64,000 bases of DNA from Gordius albopunctatus (Eukaryota): the NCBI GenBank assembly GCA_964276515.1, contig OZ193909.1, positions 13,764,001 to 13,828,000 of the forward strand, read 5' to 3'. A model generated the notes under the pieces. The model did not search any database and had not been told where the DNA came from. It saw nothing but the letters and a program-made list of their open reading frames with translations. Positions 37,818 through 50,900 of this stretch are shown here, piece by piece; position 1 is the first letter of the stretch; each line of letters starts with the position of its first letter. Both the position numbers and the translations under genes were made by a program.

Positions 37818-40800
37818 CTTTCTTCTTCTTCTTTATCAGTTATTTGGTCCCACATTGGTGGGGTTTGTTTTGATGAGTCTCTTCCATCTTGACCGGGTTA
37901 GTGTCATGTCTTGACGAATCTCTTTAGTTTCCATAACTTTATCGACTTGCCTTTTCCACGTGACAAGGGGTCGTCCTCTTCCTCTCTTCCCCGGTATTTT
38001 CATCTCTAGCACTTTTCTATTTACGTCATCCGGGTCCCTTCTTAGTATATGCCAATACCACCTTAGCCGATTTTCGTTAATCATGTCCGCCATAGGTTGA
38101 ATACCCATTTTTGTCATGAGAAAGTCATTCGTCATATGGTCGAGCTTAGTATACCCCAAGCTCCACCGTATCATTCTCATCTCCGTGGCTTGTAATAGCT
38201 TTCCTTCCGTGGTGTTTAATGCCCATGTTTCACTTCCATAGAGTAACACCGGTCTTACGATGGATTTGTAAGCTTTGCTCTTCAACCATATTGGAATTTT
38301 CTTGTCGCACATTACACCAGATATACTTCGCCATTTAAGCCATCCTTTTTGAATCCGGGCATTGATTTCAGTTGCGCAATCTCCCTCTTGATGTAGCATA
38401 TAGCCGAGGTAATTACACCTGTCTACTTTTGGGTACTTTAGGTGGTCATCCAGCGATGGGGTGCTTGTACCGTTCATTTCCATGTATACCGTTTTTCGAT
38501 CGTTGACCTTTAAACCATATCCAGCTAAGCGCTTTGACCACTTTTCTGCTTCTTCGAATACCTTCTCCCTTGTTTCCTCGCATAGTACTATATAATCGGC
38601 ATATAGCATACACCATGGCGATGGCTTTTGAAAGTCCCTCGTTATCGTGTCTATAATTATATTAAATTAAAAGGGACTTAAAGCAGAGCCTTGATGTAAT
38701 CTAATATTAACCCGAAAAGGTTTAGAGTCTCCAACTGTCGTCCTGACGCAAGAGTTTGAGGCTTCATAGATATTTTTCCTAAGCCGTATATATGCGTCAG
38801 GGATATTTTGTTTCCTCAGGCACCACCATATTAAATCGCGGGGGACCGTGTCATAAGCTTTCTCCAAGTCGATAAAAACCCTATGTAGGTCTTTCCTCTT
38901 TTCACCATACTTATCCATCATTTGTCTTAGGGCGAAGATTGGGTCGATTGTGGATTTGCCGGCCACGAATCCGAATTGATTAGCCGATATTTCCACCTCG
39001 TTTTTCAGCCTTGTTACTAAGATCCTTTCCAAAAGCTTCAAGGAGTGGCAAGTTAGCTTGATACCTCTGTAATTGCCGCAGTCCTGAGGGTCTCCTTTTC
39101 CTTTGAATAAGGGTATAATCGTGCTTGCTCTCCATTGATTAGGGATTCGCTCTTCTACCAATATCTTGTTAAGGAGGTTCGTCATGGTGGTGACTCCTTC
39201 TTCACGACATCCGAGCAATGCTTCCATAGGTATTCCATCTGGGCCATTTGCTTTTCCTTTTTGCATCTTGTTCATTTGTGTCCTAACTTCATCCTTCTGA
39301 AAGAGTTCGGCCATACTTATATTTGGCTCAATTTCGGGAAGGGAATCCTTGTCATTTGCAATATTCATAAGTTTCTTAAAATATCCTTTCCACCTTTCCA
39401 TCACTTCCTTCGGCTTGAATAAGGTTTGACGCTTCTCGCTTTTGACTATTTTAAGAACTCCGACATCTCGACTTTTCTTCTCCCTTATCTTGGCCAATTT
39501 GTACATAAGCCTATCGCCCCTTTTATGATCCAGTTTGTTTGCCATCTCGGTGTACGCAGCATTCTTCGCTTTTGCAACGGCCTTTTTTGCGGCCCTCTTT
39601 GCGTCCCTGTACTCTTGATAATCCTCCGACTTTTTTGATTTATGCCACCGTCTATATAGATTTTTCTTTATTTCGATGAAATCTTTAACCGATTGATCCC
39701 ACCACCATAGTTCACTATTCATAGCTTTGCCTCCTTTGGTCTGTCCTAGAACACGAATCGCTGTTTCCTTAATGTCCTTAGATAGCGTTTCCCAATCTTC
39801 GTCTACGTCCCTTCGTACTTCCTTGCACCCAAGAGTGAGGAGGCTTTTTGATGGTATTCTTCGTTCGTCGACGTATTGTTTAGCCTTTCGTATCGAATTC
39901 GAGGTTCATATACCTTTCTTCTTTCGGGAAATACTCTTCTGTCAAGATCCATAACAAGGGGACGATGTTGCCTGGCGATTTCTTCTCCCGGTATTACTTT
40001 GCAATCTTTGATACTCCATAAGTCCTTTCGCCGTATAAACAAATAGTCGATTTGACTAAAATGCTTCCCACTTCTATAGGTCACATTATGATCTTCGCGC
40101 TTTTGAAAATAGGTGTTAACGATCGCCATGTCATATGCTTGGGATACTTGGAGAAGTTTTTCCCCTTCTTTGTTCTTCAGACCATGCCCATAGCCTCCAT
40201 GATTGCGTTCATACCCGAGGCGATCTTTCCCTACGTGAGCGTTGAAATCGGCCCCAATAATTAGCCTTTCTTCCTGTCGGATTCCTTGTATTTCCTTTTC
40301 CAATGATTCGAAGAATATGTCTTTCTCTGATTCCGAACACCCAATTTGGGGAGCATACGCGCACATAACGGTTAGGAGGCCCCCTTGATCCGCAATCTTC
40401 ACCTACATTAGCCTGTCGGAACAACGTTTGACTTCCACCACCTTGTCCTTGAACGATTCGCTTAGAACGATACCGACCCCGTTTCTACGATTTGGTGACC
40501 CACTGTAGAAAAGCTTGTATCCTTCTCCTAATTCCCGAGCTTTCGTTCCGTTCCACCTCGTCTCTTGTAGGCAGGCGATGTGTACCTTTCTTCTTTTTAA
40601 CATCTGTGCGACCTCGATGCTCTTCCCCGTCAACGTTCCCACATTCCAGGACGTAATTCGCATTCTTTCCACAACTAGTTTCCTTAACCGCCTTCGTTGT
40701 GAGTTAGGCAATAACCCTAGTGTATTTTTCACATTGCACGGGCGGGGTATGCAGTGCGCGTCGTTTGTGGAGGACGCCCTAGCCTTTTCTTGTAAAATCT

Positions 40801-40908
40801 CGTTTGAAACTATCATAAATTTTGGAGTTGATTTTTATAGCCGGTTTCCAACCTGACGCCAACCCTCCACTTTTTGCACACGGACTTGGGACCGTCGTAG
40901 GTAGTGCT
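37818..40908 (-). mobile_element. near full-length RTE-clade non-LTR retrotransposon (APE endonuclease + RT), inactivated
   Basis: APE motifs WNVGTL, LQETRW, YAPQ, GADFNAH, SQIDY, QHRPL; RT motifs GPDGIP, YRGIKL, QFGF, FIDLEKAYD, QGSALSP, YADY (catalytic D lost); (GAA)n 3' tail at ~37818-37832; stops at 40403-40405 and 38667-38669 and a frameshift near 39800. Confidence 0.95.
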
Positions 40909-40909
40909 A
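40857..40909 (-). ncRNA. twister ribozyme-like motif (type P1) at the RTE 5' end
   Basis: Minus strand U^AGCACU-AC-CUACG-ACGG-UCCCAA-GU-CCGU-GUGCAAAA-AGUG-GAGGG; P2 CACU/AGUG, P4 ACGG/CCGU, pseudoknot AC/GU and CC/GG, conserved UCCCAAG and GAGGG. Confidence 0.8.
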
Positions 40910-41970
40910 ATTTATTAAAAAGAACATTATGGCTAAATTTCAAAAACATTATTGTTCGCCTCTAATTTAAATGCTGAATAGGCCCTAACGTTTGTGTTGA
41001 CTACATACTACATAGCTTTTCAAATCCCAATCTCTTCTCCCTATTTATGATGCTATTTTTCCCAAATTGTGAAATTTTATTCTTTTTAATATAAACTTAT
41101 GCATTTATATACCAGGACTTTAAGAACTTTGAAAAATATTACTACTAATTAAACAATAAGTTTATTTCCTTAAAATTTTTGAATATTATTATATAAAAAC
41201 TACGTACAGCTGAGTATATTGTAGCAAAATAATTTTGATTTTAAATTTTTTATTAATTATAAATGTCCTTGTTTAATATAGCTATTCTTATATTAGAAAT
41301 TAGTAAATAAATTGCAGGTTAATGATATAATTTATTGATGGCACTCCTGAAAGGGGTTGTTATTATCTTCTAAATTATAGCTATTATTAAAAAGAAATTT
41401 CATTATAAATTTATATAAAATCTATTTAGAGGTTGTGATTAAATAAGATGTCGAGCAAGATTTAAGACAGTAATAAAAATTGTAACTCAATCGGACTCAA
41501 AGTGTAACCGGCCAATTAAAAAAAATTTTGAAGACGTTTAGACGTAATGATTTCTGACAAGTGTGTTATGAATCACCCACTATTCGTTTACTTACATAAT
41601 GCAAATATCATCCTAGATTTATAACTCTCTTATTAATTCGACCTTTAAAATTCTGGTAAAACTCATCTTCTTTATTAATTATTTGGTCCCACAGTCGTGG
41701 GTTTTGTTTTGATGAGTTTCTTCTATCTTGATTGGTTAAATTCCATACCTTTAATAATCTCTTTTGTTTTCATAACTTTATCGACTTGCCCTTTCCACGT
41801 GACATGAGGTCGCCCTATTCCTCTTTCCCCGCTATCTCCATCTCCAGTAATTTTCGATCTAAATCATTCATGTCCCTTCTTAGTATATGTCCATACCACC
41901 TTAGACGATTTTCATTAAACATGTACGCACCCATTTTGGCATGAGAAATTCATTCGTCACAAGGTCAAGC

Positions 41971-42846
41971 TAGAAAACTGCACGGGTGACCCAAACCGAT
42001 ATCGGGTGGGGTTTGGGTTGAAAATTTTAACATGCTTTCGGGTCGGGTCGGGTTGGATTTAAAGTGTCGGGTCAATGGTTATGAATCTAAAATTGCAGAA
42101 TACACGGGACATATCTTTAAAAATAGTGCTAGTATGTATAATATTTTTTAATTAATATCTAAATTTATAATTGAAGATCATTCATTAAGTTAATTTAAGA
42201 TCCTTTTGTTTTTTTTAAATCTGATTTTTTTAATTTGGACGCAACTTAAATTTGACTCGTGAAAGGTAAAATATATCAACAAAATTATATTTTTTAATTG
42301 TATTTAAATAGTGTGAAGTGTTAGTTCATTATTAATTTAAACTACATAAATGTATATTCATAAAACAAATAAGATTATGTTTAAATTTATTAAATGATTC
42401 ATTTGCAAAACTTTATATTTCAAACTGAATGTGACCTGATACTGTATGCTATCATATATATATATATGTATATATATATAATAATAATAATAAATCATGA
42501 AAATATATTTATTACTCAAAATCTGTGGAATTAATTAGTTTCATAAATCGCACTTTAATTTAATGATTAAATCATTTTTAATTTTAGCCATAATTTGATA
42601 AAATATCTAACATTTTTTAAATTAAGGGGGGCAGCCGCCCCTCCCTGCCACCCCCTGGCTACGGCCATGCACACCGGAATTTTTCTTACTCTCGCGTTGG
42701 ATAACAAAATTAGAAACACGTTCGGAAGGGTTTCGGTTAAAGTTTTTTTAACACTTTCGGCCGTGTTGGGTTCGGGTTAAAAATTTTAAAATGCTTTCCG
42801 GTCGGGTCGGGTTCGGGTTGAAAAAAAATCACTTTGCAGTTCTCTA
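41971..42846 (-). mobile_element. hAT-type MITE with perfect 8-bp TSD (copies at 48632-49507, 55294-56169, partial 62415-63204)
   Basis: GGTCAAGC|TAGAAAACTGCA...TGCAGTTCTCTA|GGTCAAGC. Confidence 0.9.
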
Positions 42847-43324
42847 GGTCAAGCTTAGTATATTTTAAGCTCCACCATACCGTTCTCATCTCTGTGGCTT
42901 GCAAAGCTTTTCTTCCGTAGTATTTAATGCCCAAGTTTTATTTCATAAAGAAACATAGGCTTTTTTCTTCAACCATATTAGCATTTTCTTGTCCCACATT
43001 ACATCGGATATACTTCTCCATTTAATGACATGGATAAATAAAACAAAACGCCTAGGCCATTCTTTGATAACTAATTTTCTTCAACAAAAAATAACCAGGA
43101 AGATATTTGCATGCAAATTGTGCAACCCCAACATGACTTTTTATCAGCTTCTATTAAACCTACTAGGTTAGATTTTATTAAGCTTTCAAAGTCGGAAAGG
43201 ATCTAAGAGGAGTGCATGTACATTTTTATTAATTCTAAAAATAATGATGGGTCTTTAGACTTGGTAAACTAATATTCAGTAAAAAGGGACAAGCTTATTA
43301 GACGACAATATAGAATATAAATTT

Positions 43325-43541
43325 TTATTGAAATCGAATTCTTATATGTGATTAAATATGTTCATAAAAATAGTTTTTTTATAATTTACCTAAGTAACTT
43401 TTAATGTAACTAGTTCCATCAGGTAAGTAACAGGAAATGTATTTAGTTACTTTTGAGAAAATGTTACTGTATCTAGTTACATTTTATTTCGATAACTCTA
43501 ACTTAACTAGTTACTAAGGAAAAGTAACTTTAACAGTTCTA
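43325..43541 (+). mobile_element. right end of the GTAACT-repeat hAT family (repeated in each full unit)
   Basis: Matches 11805-12037 (tattgaaatcgaatt...actagttccatcaggtaagtaac...aagtaactttaacag). Confidence 0.7.
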
Positions 43542-44073
43542 CTCCTGAACGAGTTTGACCATACTTATCCTCCATCACCTCCATCGGTTTGAATAAGGTT
43601 TGACCCTTATAATTTTTGACTATTTTAAGAACTCCGTCATCACTACTTTTCTTATCATGGTCAATCTATACATAAGCCTGTCGTCCCCTCTATGGTCCAA
43701 TTTGTTTGCCATCTGGGTGTACGCGCCATTCTTTGCTATTAACGCCCTTTTTCGTGGCTCACTCACTATAATCTTAATATAATCCTCATATATTTTTTAT
43801 ATAGCAACCATACATATAGATTTTTATTTCTTTCGACAAAATCAACAAGCGAATCCAACTACCATAGTTCCCTATTTATATCATTGCCTCCTTTGGTCTG
43901 TCCTAGAACCCGAATCGCTGATTCAAGTAAAAAATAGAAATTAATTTATTTGATTTCCCTTAAGATTTGGCTCAACCTTTAGTCTTGAGTGTATTTAGAA
44001 ATTTAGGTTCTTAGTGTACTTATACAAATGATTCTGCAATACCACTACATATAATGAATTCTTAAGACTGTAA

Positions 44074-45027
44074 TCTATATATATAAAGTTGTATGTAAGG
44101 GTTAAATTCTGAAACTACCGGCACGATTCGCGCGAAACTTTACGCGTAGGTTCCCAGGGCGGCCAGGGGTAAAATAGCTTTTCAGATTCCTAAAATTCCT
44201 TTTAGTTTTAAAAATATCGGACATTTCCCGGTTTTATGCGTTTTGACGTTTAATAAAGTGTCAATCAAACGCAACCTCATGACGTACTGCGTATCTATCG
44301 TTTTCTTTGAAAATTTGAATATACAGTTCTTTAATAAAAGTGTATCACTTATAGTATTTTCTAGACCGCCATGCGTGTAGGTAGTGTAGTGTGATAAATA
44401 TAGGCATGTGCTGCGGAAAATGGAAACATTTTACTATTTGAAATATTAAATCAATTTTTTGCTTATTTTTCACGTCAATTATTATTATAGGACAGTCGTG
44501 TCCCTTCCTGCGTGGCTAAATAAATTAAAAAATGTCATTTTATCATTTTTTACGCGTTAAATAAGGAGAAAAATGAAAATACTTTTAACAAAGTGCCGAT
44601 AAATGTTGATATATCTCAGTTCTTCGGACATTATTAAGTTCAGAAATAAAAGTTTTATTCAGAAACAAATAATTATAATTATGATATTGTTTCTTAATTA
44701 CAAAAAAATAAAAATAATTGCTTGAAGGGCCAGGGGGCCAACCTTTGGGGGGGGCATAGGGCCAGGTTTTCTCTCTTAGGAGGCGCCTGGGCCTTGGATC
44801 CTCTTTAACTATTTTTTTAAAGATTTTTGCATAATAAACACTTACCAATTATATTTGATATATTCTTAATCTATTAAACGGAAATAGCACAATGGAAGTA
44901 GAACATATAGACATCAAACTTTATTTTTACTTCAATAACCGCTTTATCATCATATATGCCCTAAAATTCCAACATAATTTAATACGCCCGGGTAAATGGC
45001 AAAACAACTTTTGCCGGGTTCTTCTAT
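44074..45027 (+). mobile_element. non-autonomous Helitron-like element (copies at 50735-51689 and 57397-58351)
   Basis: A|TCTATATATATAAAG 5' end; subterminal hairpin GGCAAAA-CAAC-TTTTGCC at 44998-45015; ends CTAT|T (degenerate CTRR); no TSD. Confidence 0.7.
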
Positions 45028-45590
45028 TATATGTTATAAAATAATATAAACTTCCTACTAGAGTTGTTAAATTGCTAACTTAGTTCAACTCCAGACGCGA
45101 GCACGCACACTGAGTTGTTTAATAAACGCGTCAGCACAATCTATGCTTGCTAGTCAGTTTCAGTGCACTAGTCAGAACAGTAGTATATTGAAAAACTCGT
45201 GAGGCGAGTATAAACCGCAAAATCTGTTCAAGCATTGAGCAACATAAATAAATTAAAAATTTCCCTCTCCTTATTTATTTGCCCTCTTCCTCCACCCTTT
45301 CTCTCTTCCAAGGGGGGGTGGGATGATTTGCACTCCCCCAGAGAGGTGGGGGGAGACTAAACAGTGTCAAAGTTTAATAAATAATACGTTTTTTCATTTT
45401 ATTAACAACATCAAAACAATTTTTAACACGAGGAACAAATATATAAGCATTGGTTCCAGAAACAAGTTTACAAAAGTATTCTATTTATTTTATAAATGAG
45501 TATAAAATGAAAGAGGTTCACAAAATTGTTTTGGGGGAGGTAATAAATATTGCTCCTGTATCTACACTAATATGTGTAAAAGAAAACAAT

Positions 45591-46841
45591 CTAATATTTG
45601 GCGTGATCTGTTCCTGACAAATTGGTGTCTTTTATATAAATTTCTTGGCTATCAGACTTAGTGTAATCTTGACTGAGTACTCTAAGCGAAGTTGACGTAG
45701 ACGAAAAACTCTTTAAGTTGCTGTATATGGCATGAGAAACATTTGAAATATTCTTGGTTAAGCTAAATTGGCCTTGGTAATTATTTTTAATAATTAACAA
45801 AGGATTTATCCATCGTATACAAGAAAACCACAAAGCTACCCAGTGAATTAATATTTTTTGCTGACTTGGATTCAAGTGCCATTTTTGAAAGCTTATCACA
45901 AATTGAAGTCCAAATAAGGGAAAATAACATAACGCGTAACAGATAAGTAAGGTCCAAAGCAGTCTGATAGCTTTGCTTTTATCCTTGGACGATGAGTTAT
46001 TCCTTAACAAACCTTCTGAAACACGCTGACACCTTTTTAACGACCAAATAACTATTCCATACAATATCAACGATAGTGTGTAAGGGATAACGATACCTGT
46101 TTAATCAATAAAAGTACTATTAATAGCTAGCAAAATTTAGGGCATAAGTGTAAAGTTTATTTAGCATTATGAAACATATTTGTAACCTATAGTCGTTAGC
46201 CAGATGAGGTAAATGCGTGTCATATGAACGCCGGAAAAACAAAACGGCTGATCTAAAGATGTGCTCTTCCACATAGCAAATTTTACGACGAGAAAAATCA
46301 ATGGAAGTAGTATTATCACACCAAGCATTGTAACAATACCACGAATCGTATCTGATTTTTGATATGTGTATGTCATAGCCCTAACGATTGCTCTAAAACG
46401 ATCTATAGCTAAGGCTAGAATACTGAAAGAACTCAAATACAAAGAAATTTCTTCTATAATACTTAAGACGGCTTCTTCCCGACACAAAATCATCGCCTCC
46501 CGGCTAGTGATTTCTTTGCCTACAAAAAATGAGGTGTGAATTATTATAGGGAGACACAAACAAGATCCCATTAAATCGCCTATAGATCTAAGCGTAAAAA
46601 AACATTTGACGGGAAAGATAAAATCCTTAGCGAATTTGGTTGAAGATCGTTTAGAACTAGAGGGAATCTGATAGGTCAAATTTTTAGATGAATCGCTTTT
46701 AGGTCTGTTCATAATGTATAACAGGTAAATGTTAGTTGACACAGCTAGCAGGACTTGCATAATATATAACGGAAGGAATACTCGCTTATCTGCAACCACG
46801 TCATCAATGACATTCGTGTAAATATTTTGTTGGGAATCCAT
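45591..46841 (-). CDS. class A GPCR, copy 1; exons 46841-46187 and 46096-45591, 386 aa
   Basis: LALAIDRFRAIV (DRY-like), TM6 CYFP, TM7 INPLL; a 90-bp GT-AG intron joins the two ORFs in frame and restores TM5 TTIGIVIPYTLSLILYG. Confidence 0.88.
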
Positions 46842-47357
46842 GTATTAGTTTTAAACTGATTAAGTGAAGGATGAAACGAAAGAAATCTCACCTTTAAATA
46901 AACCAATAATAAGCAAAAAATTATAAAATAATAGTTTTCAAATCTAAATTTATCGAAATAATAGCGAGTGTAATAAATTATAAATAATTAAGTAGTAATT
47001 TGAACCAGTTATTGACGTAAATTGAGCTTTTTAAGAATTGCTAAGCAACTCATTAATTTACTATTTGACAGGATTATAATACGTTGGTGAATGGATAAGG
47101 CAATTTTTTGACATATTCTATACTCAGAACTCATTAATATCAAGTTAATACATTATTAATTGCTATGCTATGCAATTTATGGGCTCACTTTCCATTTTCC
47201 GATGTCTTGTCACGCACCGAATGCACGCACTGAATGTCACGCACCGAATGTCTTGTCACGCCCCTACAAAGACCTGCGCCTGGTTTCGAATTCTGGGGAG
47301 GCCAAATTTTTGTTTTTTTTAATTAATATATTCTTCTTGTTAATAACATTGATAATA

Positions 47358-47447
47358 CACCGGATTTGGATAGGGCGTACGAGATGGTCCAATATGAATA
47401 TTCGGGCCACACTATGACATCACTGCCTCACACGTATTTCTCTTTTT
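47358..47447 (-). pseudogene. captured COLGALT exon-12 fragment (copy at 54020-54109)
   Basis: High identity to ~26479-26568. Confidence 0.9.
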
Positions 47448-47911
47448 GCCCTACTACGGATGGAGTCAGAATTCTCCAACCTACGCCAGAAAATATGCAC
47501 GGATTCCAAAACGGCGTTTTATATCTTAAAAAAAGGATCGGCACACGCCCCACACTTGGAAGAGGCCCTTTCCTAGATAATCCACATAATTGGGGGTAAC
47601 ATGTTACTCACGATAAAACACGGATTGGAATGGGTCCCCACCGAGGCAAACCCCGCGGACCTACCTTCTAGAACTTGGATCTCCGATCACGAACGCTGGC
47701 GAGAAATCAGATCAATGATGCTCTAAGCGAAAGTTTTTGGGAGCCTTACCATAGAAATGCAAACGGATTGCCCTAGCAGCAAAGACCGTGAAAGTTCCTA
47801 AGGATTTTAGTATATCTCATACACTGGTTTTCCTTACTTCATCTTGTTTCTCTGTTTTATACTGTTTTACTGGCAATCTTTGTAATACCCCCAAAAATTT
47901 TCGCTTTATTA
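47448..47911 (+). mobile_element. 3' fragment of a retroelement with terminal RNase H (copies at 54110-54573 and 61206-61670)
   Basis: Frame 47451-47726: LLRMESEFSNLRQKICTDSKTAFYILKKGSAHAPHLEEALS*IIHIIGGNMLLTIKHGLEWVPTEANPADLPSRTWISDHERWREIRSMML*. Confidence 0.7.
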
Positions 47912-50900
47912 CATATATATGTATATATATATTCATAATTGTATAAATTGGAATATAAAATAAAATAAACTATAGAGGCGGGAGGTATCCCTTATTTGAT
48001 TTTAAATTGTTTATAATTATAACTGTCCTTGTTTAATATGGCTATTATTAAAAAGCAATTTCATTATAAATTTATATAAAATCTATTTAGAGGTTGTGAT
48101 TAAATAAGATGTCGAGCAAGATTTAAGACAGTAATAAAAATTGTAACTCAATCGGACTCAAAGTGTAACCGGCCAATTAAAAAAAATTTTGAAGACGTTT
48201 AGACGTAATGATTTCTGACAAGTGTGTTATGAATCACCCACTATTCATTTACTTACATAATGCAAATATCATCCTAGATTTATAACTCTCTTATTAATTC
48301 GACCTTTAAAATTCTGGTAAAACTCATCTTCTTTATTAATTATTTGGTCCCACAGTCGTGGGTTTTGTTTTGATGAGTTTCTTCTATCTTGATTGGTTAA
48401 ATTCCATACCTTTAATAATCTCTTTTGTTTTCATAACTTTATCGACTTGCCCTTTCCACGTGACATGAGGTCGCCCTATTCCTCTTTCCCCGCTATCTCC
48501 ATCTCCAGTAATTTTCGATCTAAATCATTCATGTCCCTTCTTAGTATATGCCCATACCACCTTAGACGATTTTCATTAAACATGTACGCACCCATTTTGG
48601 CATGAGAAATTCATTCGTCACAAGGTCAAGCTAGAAAACTGCACGGGTGACCCAAACCGATATCGGGTGGGGTTTGGGTTGAAAATTTTAACATGCTTTC
48701 GGGTCGGGTCGGGTTGGATTTAAAGTGTCGGGTCAATGGTTATGAATCTAAAATTGCAGAATACACGGGACATATCTTTAAAAATAGTGCTAGTATGTAT
48801 AATATTTTTTAATTAATATCTAAATTTATAATTGAAGATCATTCATTAAGTTAATTTAAGATCCTTTTGTTTTTTTTAAATCTGATTTTTTTAATTTGGA
48901 CGCAACTTAAATTTGACTCGTGAAAGGTAAAATATATCAACAAAATTATATTTTTTAATTGTATTTAAATAGTGTGAAGTGTTAGTTCATTATTAATTTA
49001 AACTACATAAATGTATATTCATAAAACAAATAAGATTATGTTTAAATTTATTAAATGATTCATTTGCAAAACTTTATATTTCAAACTGAATGTGACCTGA
49101 TACTGTATGCTATCATATATATATATATGTATATATATATAATAATAATAATAAATCATGAAAATATATTTATTAATCAAAATCTGTGGAATTAATTAGT
49201 TTCATAAATCGCACTTTAATTTAATGATTAAATCATTTTTAATTTTAGCCATAATTTGATAAAATATCTAACATTTTTTAAATTAAGGGGGGCAGCCGCC
49301 CCTCCCTGCCACCCCCTGGCTACGGCCATGCACACCGGAATTTTTCTTACTCTCGCGTTGGATAACAAAATTAGAAACACGTTCGGAAGGGTTTCGGTTA
49401 AAGTTTTTTTAACACTTTCGGCCGTGTTGGGTTCGGGTTAAAAATTTTAAAATGCTTTCCGGTCGGGTCGGGTTCGGGTTGAAAAAAAATCACTTTGCAG
49501 TTCTCTAGGTCAAGCTTAGTATATTTTAAGCTCCACCATACCGTTCTCATCTCTGTGGCTTGCAAAGCTTTTCTTCCGTAGTATTTAATGCCCAAGTTTT
49601 ATTTCATAAAGAAACATAGGCTTTTTTCTTCAACCATATTAGCATTTTCTTGTCCCACATTACATCGGATATACTTCTCCATTTAATGACATGGATAAAT
49701 AAAACAAAACGCCTAGGCCATTCTTTGATAACTAATTTTCTTCAACAAAAAATAACCAGGAAGATATTTGCATGCAAATTGTGCAACCCCAACATGACTT
49801 TTTATCAGCTTCTATTAAACCTACTAGGTTAGATTTTATTAAGCTTTCAAAGTCGGAAAGGATCTAAGAGGAGTGCATGTACATTTTTATTAATTCTAAA
49901 AATAATGATGGGTCTTTAGACTTGGTAAACTAATATTCAGTAAAAAGGGACAAGCTTATTAGACGACAATATAGAATATAAATTTTTATTGAAATCGAAT
50001 TCTTATATGTGATTAAATATGTTCATAAAAATAGTTTTTTTATAATTTACCTAAGTAACTTTTAATGTAACTAGTTCCATCAGGTAAGTAACAGGAAATG
50101 TATTTAGTTACTTTTGAGAAAATGTTACTGTATCTAGTTACATTTTATTTCGATAACTCTAACTTAACTAGTTACTAAGGAAAAGTAACTTTAACAGTTC
50201 TACTCCTGAACGAGTTTGACCATACTTATCCTCCATCACCTCCATCGGTTTGAATAAGGTTTGACCCTTATAATTTTTGACTATTTTAAGAACTCCGTCA
50301 TCACTACTTTTCTTATCATGGTCAATCTATACATAAGCCTGTCGTCCCCTCTATGGTCCAATTTGTTTGCCATCTGGGTGTACGCGCCATTCTTTGCTAT
50401 TAACGCCCTTTTTCGTGGCTCACTCACTATAATCTTAATATAATCCTCATATATTTTTTATATAGCAACCATACATATAGATTTTTATTTCTTTCGACAA
50501 AATCAACAAGCGAATCCAACTACCATAGTTCCCTATTTATATCATTGCCTCCTTTGGTCTGTCCTAGAACCCGAATCGCTGATTCAAGTAAAAAATAGAA
50601 ATTAATTTATTTGATTTCCCTTAAGATTTGGCTCAACCTTTAGTCTTGAGTGTATTTAGAAATTTAGGTTCTTAATGTACTTATACAAATGATTCTGCAA
50701 TACCACTACATATAATGAATTCTTAAGACTGTAATCTATATATATAAAGTTGTATGTAAGGGTTAAATTCTGAAACTACCGGCACGATTCGCGCGAAACT
50801 TTACGCGTAGGTTCCCAGGGCGGCCAGGGGTAAAATAGCTTTTCAGATTCCTAAAATTCCTTTTAGTTTTAAAAATATCGGACATTTCCCGGTTTTATGC

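Larger units (their letters stand above)
37758..40987. mobile_element. GC-rich MITE split by the RTE insertion (halves 37758-37820 and 40909-40987)
   Basis: CATGGGCGTAGCTAG...ctaaattgaaaaattc on the left; ttatggctaaattt...cctctaatttaaatgctg on the right; the halves join into a family-like copy. Confidence 0.7.
41670..43921 (-). mobile_element. decayed RTE fragments in each tandem unit (~41670-43025 and ~43543-43921)
   Basis: Colinear with 37836-38345 and 39300-39765 of the intact RTE. Confidence 0.8.

Noticed and set aside
39135..40856. Plus-strand and alternative-frame ORFs over the RTE
   Set aside because: Shadow ORFs of the RTE coding strand.
47366..47599. 77-aa ORF (and 54028-54261, 61049-61357) as a novel gene
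   Set aside because: Antisense COLGALT fragment fused to an off-frame reading of the RNase H remnant; no independent coding evidence.
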